Source of the DNA: a virus | Virus genome (UHGV): UHGV-0245551 | Direction: 5' to 3' (one strand) | Length of the DNA stretch: 44,367 nt | Shown here: positions 1 through 9,739 of the stretch, in pieces | Position numbering within the stretch: position 1 is the stretch's first letter | Layout of the letters: every line of letters begins with the position of its first letter | Made by a program: the position numbers and the translations under genes | The notes under the pieces: model-generated | Seen by the model: the letters and a program-made list of their open reading frames with translations, nothing else | The model's database searches: none | Told to the model about the DNA's origin: nothing

Positions 1-285
1 AAGGAACAATTATTAGAATTCATTAGAAACAATGAGTTAGATTTAGACGAAAGCTATCCACGTAGTGATTGGTGGAAGTTTAGAAATGAACGTGACTCAT
101 ACAAGAAACAACGTGATGAACTCATCAATGATATGGCAGAAATTAAAAAGAAGGCAGAGGCGTTTGATGAGATAGATGATTTAATCGTTAACGGGACATT
201 AAAAGATAGAGAACCGGATGCAATATTTCAAAACATCTGTCATGTGATTATAAATTTTAAGGAGCGTGCAGATAATGAAAGATAA
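1..285 (+). CDS. 3' part of a hypothetical early protein; frame open from base 1 to TAA at 283-285. Appears to be continuous with the ORF that starts at 44353.
   Basis: Open frame from position 1 (KEQLLEFIRNNELDLDES...NER*); no start codon in window; frame-consistent with 44353..44367 if the record is circular. Confidence 0.4.
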   Translation, partial: KEQLLEFIRNNELDLDESYPRSDWWKFRNERDSYKKQRDELINDMAEIKKKAEAFDEIDDLIVNGTLKDREPDAIFQNICHVIINFKERADNER

Positions 286-523
286 AGATTATAAAAGTTT
301 ATGGATAAAGTTGAAAGAGAAGAAATTAAAAGAATATGTGGAAGTACATCGCTCAGTAAATCAAATTATAACACCATACAATCAATATCATTTATTTGAG
401 ATAGCTAACGAAATGGTAAGTGAAAACGAATTAAAGCGAGATTTAAAATATATGGACCAACTAGACGGAACGCATGAGTTCCAAAATTTATTAAGTGATT
501 TGGAGGCTTGCAATGGACAATAG
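275..523 (+). CDS. hypothetical protein (about 82 aa)
   Basis: ORF track 266..523; AAGGAG at 259-264 followed by ATG 275 makes 275 the likelier start. Confidence 0.45.
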   Translation: MKDKDYKSLWIKLKEKKLKEYVEVHRSVNQIITPYNQYHLFEIANEMVSENELKRDLKYMDQLDGTHEFQNLLSDLEACNGQ

Positions 524-692
524 AGAGTTTATCCAACGCTGCATAGTATCATCTACAGCTTTTACAGGACACGATGGGTGTTTACTAATCAAAGAGCTTA
601 ACGAAGTATATCGCAAGGCGGAGTTGTACGACAAAATAGTGGAAAGTAATTCAAAGAGTTTAGTAGAAAATGGAGGAACAATAAATGACTAA
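495..692 (+). CDS. hypothetical protein (65 aa)
   Basis: ORF in tight overlap series with neighbours; no recognisable motif. Confidence 0.35.
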   Translation: MIWRLAMDNREFIQRCIVSSTAFTGHDGCLLIKELNEVYRKAELYDKIVESNSKSLVENGGTIND

Positions 693-1008
693 TCAATTAA
701 CAGTAGATCAATTAATTAAACAGGTAGAACAATGGAGTAAGGATAAAGATTTGCACAATGGCAATCCGGATAGACAAGCGTTGAAGTTTTATGAAGAGGC
801 AGGAGAAGTCGGCGCAGCATTATCACGTAGTAATTTAGAGGCATTAAAAGACGGTATAGGCGATACAGTCGTTACATTAATCATATTAGCACAACAACAT
901 GATATGACGTTACAGGAGTGTTTACAGTTTGCATATGATGAGATTAAAGGAAGAAAAGGAAAGACAATCAATGGAACATTCATCAAAGAAGCAGACCTTA
1001 AAGAGTAA
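685..1008 (+). CDS. MazG-like nucleotide pyrophosphohydrolase
   Basis: 107 aa all-alpha protein with EEAGEVGAA (EExxE-type) motif typical of small phage MazG proteins; position in early region before small membrane proteins. Confidence 0.5.
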   Translation: MTNQLTVDQLIKQVEQWSKDKDLHNGNPDRQALKFYEEAGEVGAALSRSNLEALKDGIGDTVVTLIILAQQHDMTLQECLQFAYDEIKGRKGKTINGTFIKEADLKE

Positions 1009-1044
1009 GGACATAGTAGAAAAAGTAAAAGAGGTGTTGAAAAA

Positions 1045-1248
1045 GTGAAAGACTTTGAACAACCGACAATAAAAATATTAAAAAGATTATTTAACGGAAA
1101 AGATGAAACTAATATTCATATATCTTATCTGAACCTAGTAGATTATGAAGTTATTGAAATGATAACTAATTATAAACTTTCAGAAACTCATACAAGAAAC
1201 CAACATTTTAGAGATGTAGTGACTTTGAAATTTAAAAAGAAAGAGTAA
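1045..1248 (+). CDS. hypothetical protein (67 aa)
   Basis: ORF preceded by AAAGAGGTG; GTG start. Confidence 0.35.
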   Translation: MKDFEQPTIKILKRLFNGKDETNIHISYLNLVDYEVIEMITNYKLSETHTRNQHFRDVVTLKFKKKE

Positions 1249-1263
1249 AGAGGTGCTTGGTAA

Positions 1264-1578
1264 GTGACACAATACTTAATCACAACATTCACAGATTCAA
1301 CAGGTATACAACACAGACATGTAGCAAAGCTTAAAGATAATCAGACGGCAACTGTGATTAATGCAGAGAGTAAAGAAAAGGCAATGAAGATATATGAGGA
1401 GGATAAGATGATTAAACGAATATTAAAAATTTGGTTCACTATCGCAATGTACGAGTTAGGTAAGTGGATTGGCAGAGAAGTTTATTACAAGTTGACTGCA
1501 AACGATGAGGTGGAAGTGCCTAAGGACTTCGACGAACACGACCACGCTCATTTAAATGGCATATACGGAGGTTATTAA
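1264..1578 (+). CDS. hypothetical protein (104 aa)
   Basis: ORF preceded by AGAGGTG; no motif recognised. Confidence 0.45.
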   Translation: MTQYLITTFTDSTGIQHRHVAKLKDNQTATVINAESKEKAMKIYEEDKMIKRILKIWFTIAMYELGKWIGREVYYKLTANDEVEVPKDFDEHDHAHLNGIYGGY

Positions 1579-1581
1579 ATA

Positions 1582-1782
1582 TTGGGTGAAATTATATATA
1601 TGATTACAATTATAACATTGTCTATAGTCTTTGTTTTAATGGAGATATTTATAATATATCTTTTTGTTGAAGGAATTAAATACAAGGAATATGTAACGAT
1701 TGGGTTTTCCGTTACCATGTTTTTACTTTCTATCTTGCTATTTTTACACTTTTTATATTTTGGGATTTTAGGAGGTTATTAA
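1582..1782 (+). CDS. small membrane protein (two hydrophobic helices)
   Basis: 66 aa, almost entirely hydrophobic (ITIITLSIVFVLMEIFIIYLF ... LLSILLFLHFLYFGIL); GGAGG upstream. Confidence 0.45.
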   Translation: MGEIIYMITIITLSIVFVLMEIFIIYLFVEGIKYKEYVTIGFSVTMFLLSILLFLHFLYFGILGGY

Positions 1783-1783
1783 T

Positions 1784-2182
1784 GTGATTTGGATAAGTTT
1801 TTCATCGGTAATAATTGTGTTAGTACTGTGTATTTTTGCTATATATAAGTGGATTAAAGCAGAGAAAAGAGTTAATGAGTTACAGGAAGATAAACATGGA
1901 TTGCAATTAGATAAGTTACATTTAGAAAGAGAGGTATCTTGGTTGAAAAATAAGGATAATAAAAACAACATAGGCAAATACGTGGTTGAGTTAAAAAAAG
2001 GAGTATATTTAGTGAAAAAATATATAGGTAGTTATGGAAACACATGCATAATCACTGACAATGTATTTGAAGCTTTATCTTACGACGATTTATATTCAGC
2101 TAAAGAAGATGCATGTAGTTTTAACGGACGTGTACTAGAACACAAACCTAATTTAGAGGTGGTCAAACAATGTGGGGCGTAA
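1784..2182 (+). CDS. membrane-anchored coiled-coil protein
   Basis: N-terminal TM helix (ISFSSVIIVLVLCIFAIY) followed by a charged coiled-coil-like region; GGAGG upstream. Confidence 0.45.
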   Translation: MIWISFSSVIIVLVLCIFAIYKWIKAEKRVNELQEDKHGLQLDKLHLEREVSWLKNKDNKNNIGKYVVELKKGVYLVKKYIGSYGNTCIITDNVFEALSYDDLYSAKEDACSFNGRVLEHKPNLEVVKQCGA

Positions 2183-2310
2183 TAGCAATCATTATATTAG
2201 TTTTACTACTATTTGGCTCTATACTTGAACAGAATGATCTAAAACATCAGTTAGAAGTGAAAGAGTATGAAATTGAAGTGTTAAGAGATAAGTTGGAGAA
2301 TGGAGGGTAA
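2170..2310 (+). CDS. small membrane peptide (46 aa; TM plus coiled coil)
   Basis: ATG 2170; MWGVIAIIILVLLLFGSIL...EYEIEVLRDKLENGG*; below the ORF-track size cutoff; overlaps end of preceding gene. Confidence 0.3.
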   Translation: MWGVIAIIILVLLLFGSILEQNDLKHQLEVKEYEIEVLRDKLENGG

Positions 2311-2312
2311 GT

Positions 2313-2729
2313 ATGATAACGATTGAACGACACGATATAAAGAAGTTAGAAGATTATATCAAGAACATAGAACGCTACAGACGAGAGTTAAAAGTAAGAG
2401 AGTATGAATTGTTAGAGAACCACGAACCCGAAAATGTAGGTGCAGGTAAAAGTAATATACCAGGTAATCCTATTGAGAAAGAATCAATCAAGAAGTTAAG
2501 TGACAATCGTTATAACAACTTACGTAACATTGTAAAGGGTGTAGATAAGCTCATTTATGAATCAGACGAAGATACACAAGACTTAATGCGTTTGAGATAC
2601 TGGGAATGTCCTATAGGTTGTAGTGAGTGGGAGGATATAGCTGACTACTTCGGAACAAGTAAGACGAGTATATTAAGACGACGTGACGCGATGATAAATA
2701 GATTGGCAGAATTCATAGGTTATGTGTAA
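2313..2729 (+). CDS. rinA: late-gene transcriptional activator, RinA/ArpU family
   Basis: 138 aa, immediately upstream of packaging module; C-terminal ...DIADYFGTSKTSILRRRDAMINRLAEFIG resembles ArpU/RinA sigma-like HTH; gene order matches staphylococcal siphoviruses. Confidence 0.6.
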   Translation: MITIERHDIKKLEDYIKNIERYRRELKVREYELLENHEPENVGAGKSNIPGNPIEKESIKKLSDNRYNNLRNIVKGVDKLIYESDEDTQDLMRLRYWECPIGCSEWEDIADYFGTSKTSILRRRDAMINRLAEFIGYV

Positions 2730-3069
2730 GGTGGACTTTTGAAGTGTGTAAGTCCGTTTATAATCGGTGTATTATGATATTGTAAGAATTACCTCACAAG
2801 ACATAGTGTTTATCCTTTCGCACTATGGTGGGGTATTCAATATCGAAGTGATTGGATAAGTGTTTATCGTCCTTGATTAGACGTTGCGCATCCGATTGCT
2901 TAACTATCCGTCAGAGTGGCGGGTAGTTTTATTGAATCTTACAAATATGAATTTTATATTCATTACCATTTTCATCAGTATCGTCTTTTATATCACCATA
3001 TATAGAAGCACAGTGATACTTCTTATGTTTAATTAGTTTGTAATATAGCTTTTTTTGTCTTTCTTGTTA

Positions 3070-3101
3070 GTTATCCGTGAGAACACACGGGTAACTTTTT
3101 T
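3070..3101 (+). terminator. rho-independent terminator-like hairpin
   Basis: GTTATCCGTG-agaaca-CACGGGTAAC (10 bp stem, one G-U) followed by TTTTTT. Confidence 0.5.
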
Positions 3102-3171
3102 ATGTATTGATGTGACATAGAGGTGTGACATGAGTACATAAACTCAAATAAATAACAAAACATAATCATTA

Positions 3172-3198
3172 GGCACTGTTTACGCAGTGTCTTTTTTT
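3172..3198 (+). terminator. rho-independent terminator-like hairpin just upstream of terS
   Basis: GGCACTG-tttacg-CAGTGTC stem followed by TTTTTTT. Confidence 0.5.
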
Positions 3199-3240
3199 AA
3201 ATATAAAGAGTGTATAACGTAAAGTAGGTGGTAATATACG

Positions 3241-3621
3241 ATGACTAACATGCAAAATAACGCAACATTCGGGGCGTACTTAGAATTAACTAAGAAACAA
3301 CAAGAATATATACGTTTGAAGAACGAAACAGATTTAGCAGAGGGAGAGATAGCAGTAGAAATTGACGTTAATCGTTCTACTATATCCCGTTGGAAGCATA
3401 ATGATAAATTCAGAGAGGGTTTTAAAGGTTACCAAGCAGAGCATTTATCTAAGCAGGTACCGAAAGCCTTACAAACGATGATTAACTTGTTAGACGCTAA
3501 AAGCGAACTAGTACGCTACCAAGCCTCTAAAGATATATTAGATCGTACAGGATATACACCTGTAGAAAGACAACAAATCGAAACGACTGCGACGGTACAG
3601 TTCAATGACGATATCGATTAA
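3241..3621 (+). CDS. terS: terminase small subunit
   Basis: 126 aa with HTH-like segment (NRSTISRWKHN), overlaps start of large terminase; RBS AGGTGG upstream. Confidence 0.7.
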   Translation: MTNMQNNATFGAYLELTKKQQEYIRLKNETDLAEGEIAVEIDVNRSTISRWKHNDKFREGFKGYQAEHLSKQVPKALQTMINLLDAKSELVRYQASKDILDRTGYTPVERQQIETTATVQFNDDID

Positions 3622-4870
3622 CCTATCTGAACTGTTACCTAAACACTTCCATAGCTTATGGAAAGCGACTAAAGATAGAGAGAAGCTTAACATAGTAGCT
3701 AAAGGTGGACGTGGTAGTGGTAAGTCCTCAGATATATCTATCATCATTACACAGTTAATCATGCGCTATCCTATGAATGCAGTTGTAGTACGTAAGACAG
3801 ATAATACATTAGCTACATCAGTATTTGAGCAAATTAAGTGGGCGATAGAAGAACAAAAGGTGTCGCACCTGTTCAAAGTTAAAGTGTCGCCAATGGAAAT
3901 CACGTATGTTCCTAGAGGGAATCGGATTATCTTTAGAGGGGCGCAGAACCCTGAGCGATTAAAGTCGTTAAAAGATAGTCGGTTCCCTTTTTCTATCATG
4001 TGGATAGAGGAGTTGGCAGAATTTAAGACAGAAGATGAAGTCACAACAATTACTAACTCTATGTTACGTGGAGAACTAGACGACGGGTTATTTTACAAGT
4101 TTTTCTTTAGTTACAACCCACCTAAGAGAAAACAATCGTGGGTTAACAAAAAATACGAAACCTCATTCCAACCGGATAATACGTTTGTACATCATTCAAC
4201 GTACTTAGATAATCCTTTTATATCTAAACAATTCATACAAGAGGCAGAGAGTGCTAAAGAACGTAACGAACAACGTTATCGTTGGGAATATATGGGTGAA
4301 GCTATCGGTAGTGGCGTTGTGCCGTTTAACAACTTGCAAATAGAGAAGATACCTGATGACTTATACAAGACATTCGATAATATACGTAATGCAGTTGACT
4401 TTGGTTATGCTACTGATCCACTAGCATTTGTACGTTGGCACTATGATAAGAAGAAACGTATTATCTACGCAGTTGATGAACACTATGGTGTACAAATAAG
4501 CAATAGAGAGTTTGCTAACTGGTTAAAACGTAGAGGTTATCAATCTGATGAGATATACGCAGATAGCGCTGAACCGAAGTCTATTGCAGAGCTGAAACAA
4601 GAACACGGTATCAAGAGAATTAAAGGTGTGAAAAAAGGTCCTGACAGTGTAGAACACGGGGAACAATGGCTTGATGATTTAACTGCTATTGTGATAGATC
4701 CTAACAGAACGCCTAATATAGCGAGAGAATTTGAGAATATCGACTATGAAACTGACAAAGACGGCAACGTCAAACCGAGATTAGAAGATAAAGACAACCA
4801 TACGATAGACGCCACTAGATACGCCCTAGAGCGTGACATGAGGCAGAATAAACTTAGCATACTTACGTAA
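3605..4870 (+). CDS. terL: terminase large subunit
   Basis: 421 aa; Walker A KGGRGSGKS near N-terminus; C-terminal nuclease-like region; precedes portal. Confidence 0.85.
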   Translation: MTISINLSELLPKHFHSLWKATKDREKLNIVAKGGRGSGKSSDISIIITQLIMRYPMNAVVVRKTDNTLATSVFEQIKWAIEEQKVSHLFKVKVSPMEITYVPRGNRIIFRGAQNPERLKSLKDSRFPFSIMWIEELAEFKTEDEVTTITNSMLRGELDDGLFYKFFFSYNPPKRKQSWVNKKYETSFQPDNTFVHHSTYLDNPFISKQFIQEAESAKERNEQRYRWEYMGEAIGSGVVPFNNLQIEKIPDDLYKTFDNIRNAVDFGYATDPLAFVRWHYDKKKRIIYAVDEHYGVQISNREFANWLKRRGYQSDEIYADSAEPKSIAELKQEHGIKRIKGVKKGPDSVEHGEQWLDDLTAIVIDPNRTPNIAREFENIDYETDKDGNVKPRLEDKDNHTIDATRYALERDMRQNKLSILT

Positions 4871-4875
4871 ACGAG

Positions 4876-6300
4876 GTGATTAGCATTAACTGGCCATGGG
4901 ATAAACCATATCACGAACAAGTGGTAGAACAAATCAAACCGAAGTATGAAACGCAAGAAGAAATGATATTGCGCTTAGTTAGAGAGCATAAAGAGAACAT
5001 AGACAATATTACAATGGGTGAAAGATATTATAATCATCACCCAGATATATTAGACGCTCCTTTCAAAAGAGATGTGAACGGCGACTACGACGAAACTAAA
5101 CCAGACTGGCGCATGTATACTAACTACCATCAAAACTTAGTAGACCAGAAAGTAGCATATGCAGTTGCTAATCCTGTGACATTTGGTGTAGATAATGACA
5201 AAGCATTAAAACAAATACAACATACACTTAATCACAAGTGGGATGACAAATTAGTGGATATATTAACTGCTGCAAGTAATAAAGGTATCGAATGGGTTCA
5301 ACCTTATGTAGATGAAGAGGGAGAGTTTAAAACGTTTCGTGTACCTGCAGAACAAGCTGTACCTATTTGGACTAATAAAGAAAGAGATGAACTGCAAGCG
5401 TTTATCCGTGTATATGAATTAGACGGAGCAGAACGCGTTGAGTATTGGACTAAAGATGATGTGACATTCTATGAGTTGAAAGAAGGACAACTTATCCCTG
5501 ATTTCTACCGTAGTGAAGATCATATACAACCTCATTATTATCAAGGTAATAAATTGATGAGTTGGGGACGTGTTCCTTTTATTCCGTTCAAGAACAACCC
5601 GCAAGAAGTATCTGACTTATTCATGTATAAGACAATCATAGATGCGTTAGATAAGCGATTATCAGATACACAAAACACTTTTGACGAATCAGTAGAGTTA
5701 ATCTATATCTTAAAAGGTTATGAAGGCGAAGATATGAAAGATTTCATGCATAACCTTAAATACTATAAAGCGATTAGTGTTGCAGGGGAAAGTGGCTCCG
5801 GTGTAGATACTATCAAAGTAGAAGTGCCTATTGACTCTGTTAAGGAATACACGAAGATGTTACGTGATTACATTATAGAGTTTGGACAAGGTGTAGACTT
5901 CCAACAAGATAAGTTTGGTAATAGCCCAAGTGGTATTGCACTTAAATTTATGTACAGTAACTTAGACTTAAAAGCTAATAAGTTAAAGAATAAAACACTT
6001 ACTGCATTACAAGAGTTACTGCAGTACATTATCGACTTCTACAGATTGGATGTGAAAGTGCAAGACATCGAGATTACATTCAACTTCAATATCATGGTAA
6101 ATGAGTTAGAAAACTCTCAAATCGCTATGAATTCAACTGCTATCTTATCTAAAGAAACAGTTATTGCTAATCATGCATGGGTTGATGATCCAGTCGCAGA
6201 AATGGAAAGAATTGAGCAAGAGAATATTGAACTTAATCAACAACTCCCTAATATTGAGGAGGGTTTGAATGGCGAACAAAGACGATCCGAAAATAAATAA
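4876..6300 (+). CDS. portal protein
   Basis: 474 aa directly after terL; size and acidic C-terminus typical of SPP1-type portals. Confidence 0.75.
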   Translation: MISINWPWDKPYHEQVVEQIKPKYETQEEMILRLVREHKENIDNITMGERYYNHHPDILDAPFKRDVNGDYDETKPDWRMYTNYHQNLVDQKVAYAVANPVTFGVDNDKALKQIQHTLNHKWDDKLVDILTAASNKGIEWVQPYVDEEGEFKTFRVPAEQAVPIWTNKERDELQAFIRVYELDGAERVEYWTKDDVTFYELKEGQLIPDFYRSEDHIQPHYYQGNKLMSWGRVPFIPFKNNPQEVSDLFMYKTIIDALDKRLSDTQNTFDESVELIYILKGYEGEDMKDFMHNLKYYKAISVAGESGSGVDTIKVEVPIDSVKEYTKMLRDYIIEFGQGVDFQQDKFGNSPSGIALKFMYSNLDLKANKLKNKTLTALQELLQYIIDFYRLDVKVQDIEITFNFNIMVNELENSQIAMNSTAILSKETVIANHAWVDDPVAEMERIEQENIELNQQLPNIEEGLNGEQRRSENK

Positions 6301-7246
6301 TCAAGAAGATATTGATAGATATATTAATGCACTAATAAAGAAAGCTGAAGATGAAATTGAAATACTTTTCTCAAGACGCTTAAAACAAATTAAGCAAGAA
6401 ATTGAAGAGATGTTCTCTAAATACCAATCTGATGACGTATATGTAACATGGACTGAATTTAATAAGTATAACAGGCTCAATAAGGAACTTAATCGCATAG
6501 CACAGATGTTGACGCAAGATTATAGAGGAGTTGCTAAGATTATTAAACAATCTCAACAGAATGCTTATATTGAAAAGTTCATGATGAGCCTTTTCTTATA
6601 TGAAATGGCAAGTCAAACGCCAATGCAGTTTGATGTTCCAACTCAAGCAATTATACAAAAAGCAATAGAGCAACCTATCGAACTAATTCAGTTAATACCA
6701 ACATTAGACCGTCATAGAAGTAATGTTCTTAAAAAGATACGTTTAGAAATCACTAGAGGCATCATAAATGGCAAAGGTTACACACATATAGCCAAAGCCT
6801 TACGTGATGATTTAGGCATGTCTAAAGCACAAGCGCAACGTGTAGCACGTACTGAAGCTGGTAGAGCAATGTCACAAGCTGGTTTAGATAGCGCAAAAGT
6901 AGCACAGCGTAATGGACTTGATATGTATAAGTATTGGTTTGCAGTTAAAGATACTCGCACTAGACATACGCACAGACATTTAGATGGTGCTAAAAAGAAA
7001 ATAAATGAACCGTTTAAATCAAGCGGATGCGAAGGACAAGCGCCTAAATTGTTTGAAGGTGATGACAGTGCAAAAGAAAATATCAATTGTCGTTGCAAAC
7101 TTCTATATTACATAAGTGAAGATGAATTACCTGATGTAATGAGAGTTAAAAATGATGATGGTTCAACTCAGATCATTCCTTTAGTTCGTTACAGATACTG
7201 GGAGCGATTGAAAAGAGAACAATCTAAACAGAAAGGTAGTGCTTGA
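6269..7246 (+). CDS. minor head protein (SPP1 gp7 / Mu F-like head morphogenesis)
   Basis: 325 aa following portal with overlap; position and composition match head morphogenesis proteins. Confidence 0.6.
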   Translation: MANKDDPKINNQEDIDRYINALIKKAEDEIEILFSRRLKQIKQEIEEMFSKYQSDDVYVTWTEFNKYNRLNKELNRIAQMLTQDYRGVAKIIKQSQQNAYIEKFMMSLFLYEMASQTPMQFDVPTQAIIQKAIEQPIELIQLIPTLDRHRSNVLKKIRLEITRGIINGKGYTHIAKALRDDLGMSKAQAQRVARTEAGRAMSQAGLDSAKVAQRNGLDMYKYWFAVKDTRTRHTHRHLDGAKKKINEPFKSSGCEGQAPKLFEGDDSAKENINCRCKLLYYISEDELPDVMRVKNDDGSTQIIPLVRYRYWERLKREQSKQKGSA

Positions 7247-7353
7247 TTATGAGTGAAGATAATTTAATTAAGTTGTATTTCTTGAAAGATTACATTCTTG
7301 TTATTCACTCAGACGGTAGTGAAGAAAGAAGAAAGTATAAAGAAGGTGTTTAG

Positions 7354-7560
7354 ATGGAGTTTAGTGTAAAGGTTAATGTCGATGCTGATGAAGCAATTGA
7401 GAAATTAGAACGTATCAAACAACTATACGAAGAAATTAATCAATTAAAGAATGATAGACCAGTTGTAAAGGTAGGAATAAGCAACGAAGCTGATACAGAA
7501 ATAATTAGAAATTATATTAATGAGAAAAATGCTGAAAATGCAAATTTTAACTTATTATAG
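7354..7560 (+). CDS. hypothetical protein (68 aa)
   Basis: small ORF between minor head and scaffold genes. Confidence 0.4.
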   Translation: MEFSVKVNVDADEAIEKLERIKQLYEEINQLKNDRPVVKVGISNEADTEIIRNYINEKNAENANFNLL

Positions 7561-7588
7561 CTAACACTTAAATGTTGGCTATTTTTTA
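7556..7588 (+). terminator. intrinsic terminator-like hairpin inside the late operon
   Basis: ATAGCTAACA-cttaaa-TGTTGGCTAT followed by TTTTT. Confidence 0.45.
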
Positions 7589-7673
7589 TGCCCAAAATAT
7601 GCTCAAGGCGTTAAAAGGTGCAAACTCATGGTGGAAAAGACCACCGTAATAAAAAAAGTGAGGAGTAGTAATA

Positions 7674-8270
7674 ATGAAAAGAGAATTTTTACGTGGTTTA
7701 GGTGTCGAAGAAGATGCTATTCAAAAGATTATCGACGAACATCATGAAGGTTTGCAATCATATAAAGAGAAGGCAGAGAAAGTTGATTCACTAAAAGAAC
7801 AATTAGACACTGCTAACGAAGAAATTAGAAATCGTGATAATCAAATTGAAGAACTCAAAAATAATGTTGGTGATAACGATGAACTTAAACAAGAGTTAGA
7901 AAAATATAAAGAGCAAAACGCCAACTACGATCAAAAACTCAAAGACGTTCAGTTAAATAAAGCTATCGAAGTATCTTTAGCTAAAGAAAAAGCAATTAAA
8001 CCTGAACAAGTAATCAAACTAATCGATAAAGGTAATTTAGAAGTAGACGACAACGGAAATGTTAAAGGGTTAGATGATTACATGAGTGAGTTTAAAAAAG
8101 AGAATGAGCATTTATTTGAACAATCTAAACCAAGTGGACGCACACCGGATGACGGTAAAAACGTAAATGGTGGGATTACACAAGAAGAATTTAACAATAT
8201 GAGTGTCGCAGAGAGAACTAATCTATTCGTTAACGATAGAAAAACTTACGACACTCTAATAAACAATTAG
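7674..8270 (+). CDS. scaffolding protein
   Basis: 198 aa, highly charged coiled-coil protein immediately upstream of major capsid gene. Confidence 0.6.
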   Translation: MKREFLRGLGVEEDAIQKIIDEHHEGLQSYKEKAEKVDSLKEQLDTANEEIRNRDNQIEELKNNVGDNDELKQELEKYKEQNANYDQKLKDVQLNKAIEVSLAKEKAIKPEQVIKLIDKGNLEVDDNGNVKGLDDYMSEFKKENEHLFEQSKPSGRTPDDGKNVNGGITQEEFNNMSVAERTNLFVNDRKTYDTLINN

Positions 8271-8287
8271 AAAAGAGGTAATAACAT

Positions 8288-9118
8288 ATGGCACAAGGAA
8301 CAACAACTAAAAGTACACAAATCGTTCCAGAAGTATTAAAACCTATGATGCAAGCAGAATTAGATAAGAAATTGAGATTTGCACAATTTGCAGACATTGA
8401 CAGTACATTAGTAGGACAACCAGGTGACACTTTAACTTTCCCTGCATTTGTTTACAGTGGTGACGCTACAGTAGTACCTGAAGGACAAAAAATTCCTGTA
8501 GACAAAATTGAAACTAACAGACGTGAAGCTAAAATTCATAAAATTGGTAAAGGTACTGATATTACTGACGAAGCTTTATTGTCTGGTTATGGTGATCCTC
8601 AAGGCGAAGCAGTACGTCAACATGGTTTAGCTATTGCTAACAAAGTAGACAATGACGTATTAGAAGCTTTACGAGGTACGAAATTAACTGTAAGTGCAGA
8701 CATCGGCACATTAGCAGGTTTAGAAGCTGCTATCGATACATTCGATGACGAAGATTTAGAACCAATGGTATTATTCATTAATCCTAAAGACGCTGGTAAG
8801 TTACGTTCTAGCGCTTCAGATAACTTCACTCGCGCTACTGAATTAGGCGATAACATTATCGTTAAAGGTGCGTTTGGCGAAGCGTTAGGTGCTATCATTG
8901 TACGTTCTAAGAAATTAGATGAGGGCGAAGCTATTTTAGCTAAACGTGGTGCAGTTAAATTAATCACTAAACGTGATTTCTTCTTAGAAACTGACCGTGA
9001 TCCTTCAACTAAAACAACTGCTTTATACAGTGATAAACATTATGTAGCATACTTATATGATGAATCTAAAGCAGTTAAGGTTACTAAAGGCGCAGGAACT
9101 ACAGACTCAGGCGCATAA
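8288..9118 (+). CDS. major capsid protein
   Basis: 276 aa after scaffold; strong RBS GAGGTAATAACATATG; position in head module. Confidence 0.7.
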   Translation: MAQGTTTKSTQIVPEVLKPMMQAELDKKLRFAQFADIDSTLVGQPGDTLTFPAFVYSGDATVVPEGQKIPVDKIETNRREAKIHKIGKGTDITDEALLSGYGDPQGEAVRQHGLAIANKVDNDVLEALRGTKLTVSADIGTLAGLEAAIDTFDDEDLEPMVLFINPKDAGKLRSSASDNFTRATELGDNIIVKGAFGEALGAIIVRSKKLDEGEAILAKRGAVKLITKRDFFLETDRDPSTKTTALYSDKHYVAYLYDESKAVKVTKGAGTTDSGA

Positions 9119-9134
9119 AAGGAGGTAGTGACGT

Positions 9135-9425
9135 ATGTATAAAGTAATCGAATACTTCACAGACTTACAAGATAACAACCACGAATATAACGTTGGAGAT
9201 ACGTTCCCTCGTAAAGGTTTAAATGTAAGTGATGAACGATTAACTGAACTATCCACAAAAGAGAACCGTCAAAACAAGCCCCTTATTGAGCGTGTAGAGA
9301 GCGACAAAGACTTAAAAGGTATGAAAGTATCAGAATTAAGAGAACTCGCTAAAGAACGTGAAATAGAGGGCTTTTCTAGTATGAAAAAAGATGAACTCAT
9401 TGAAGCATTAGGAAGTGTTGAGTAA
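9135..9425 (+). CDS. head-associated hypothetical protein with Rho-N-like helical motif
   Basis: 96 aa; C-terminal SELRELAKEREIEGFSSMKKDELIEAL resembles Rho N-terminal/SAP-like motif; RBS AAGGAGG. Confidence 0.4.
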   Translation: MYKVIEYFTDLQDNNHEYNVGDTFPRKGLNVSDERLTELSTKENRQNKPLIERVESDKDLKGMKVSELRELAKEREIEGFSSMKKDELIEALGSVE

Positions 9426-9739
9426 TGAACGCACAAGACGTTAAATTATTAAACAATCTCTCGCTCGATGATACTTCAAATGACGAAACAATCGAATTAC
9501 TTATTGAAAAGTATCTGAATGTAGCTGAAGAATATTGTAATCAAACATTCAATAGGAAGTCATTACCTAGTAATGTAGAGAAATTCATTGCTAACTGTAT
9601 TAAACAAGGTACGACTAGCAATATTTCTTCACGTACTATGGGTACTGTGAGCTACACTTTCGTTACTGATCTACCTAAGGAAACATACGGTTACCTTAAA
9701 CCATTTAGACGCTTACGTTGGACTGGTTATCATGTTTAA
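9425..9739 (+). CDS. head-tail connector protein (gp6-like)
   Basis: 104 aa, start overlaps previous stop (ATGA); position. Confidence 0.5.
   Translation: MNAQDVKLLNNLSLDDTSNDETIELLIEKYLNVAEEYCNQTFNRKSLPSNVEKFIANCIKQGTTSNISSRTMGTVSYTFVTDLPKETYGYLKPFRRLRWTGYHV

Noticed and set aside
2947-3036. 29 aa hydrophobic peptide ORF (MNFIFITIFISIVFYITIYRSTVILLMFN) in the rinA-terS leader
   Set aside because: It has no RBS. It lies in an AT-rich region where such ORFs arise by chance. It is mentioned only as part of the leader finding.
7631-7660. GGTGGaaaagaCCACC hairpin upstream of scaffold gene
   Set aside because: It is followed by an A-run rather than a U-run on the + strand, and on the minus strand the T-run precedes the stem, so it is not a convincing terminator. 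It may be an RNA stability element.
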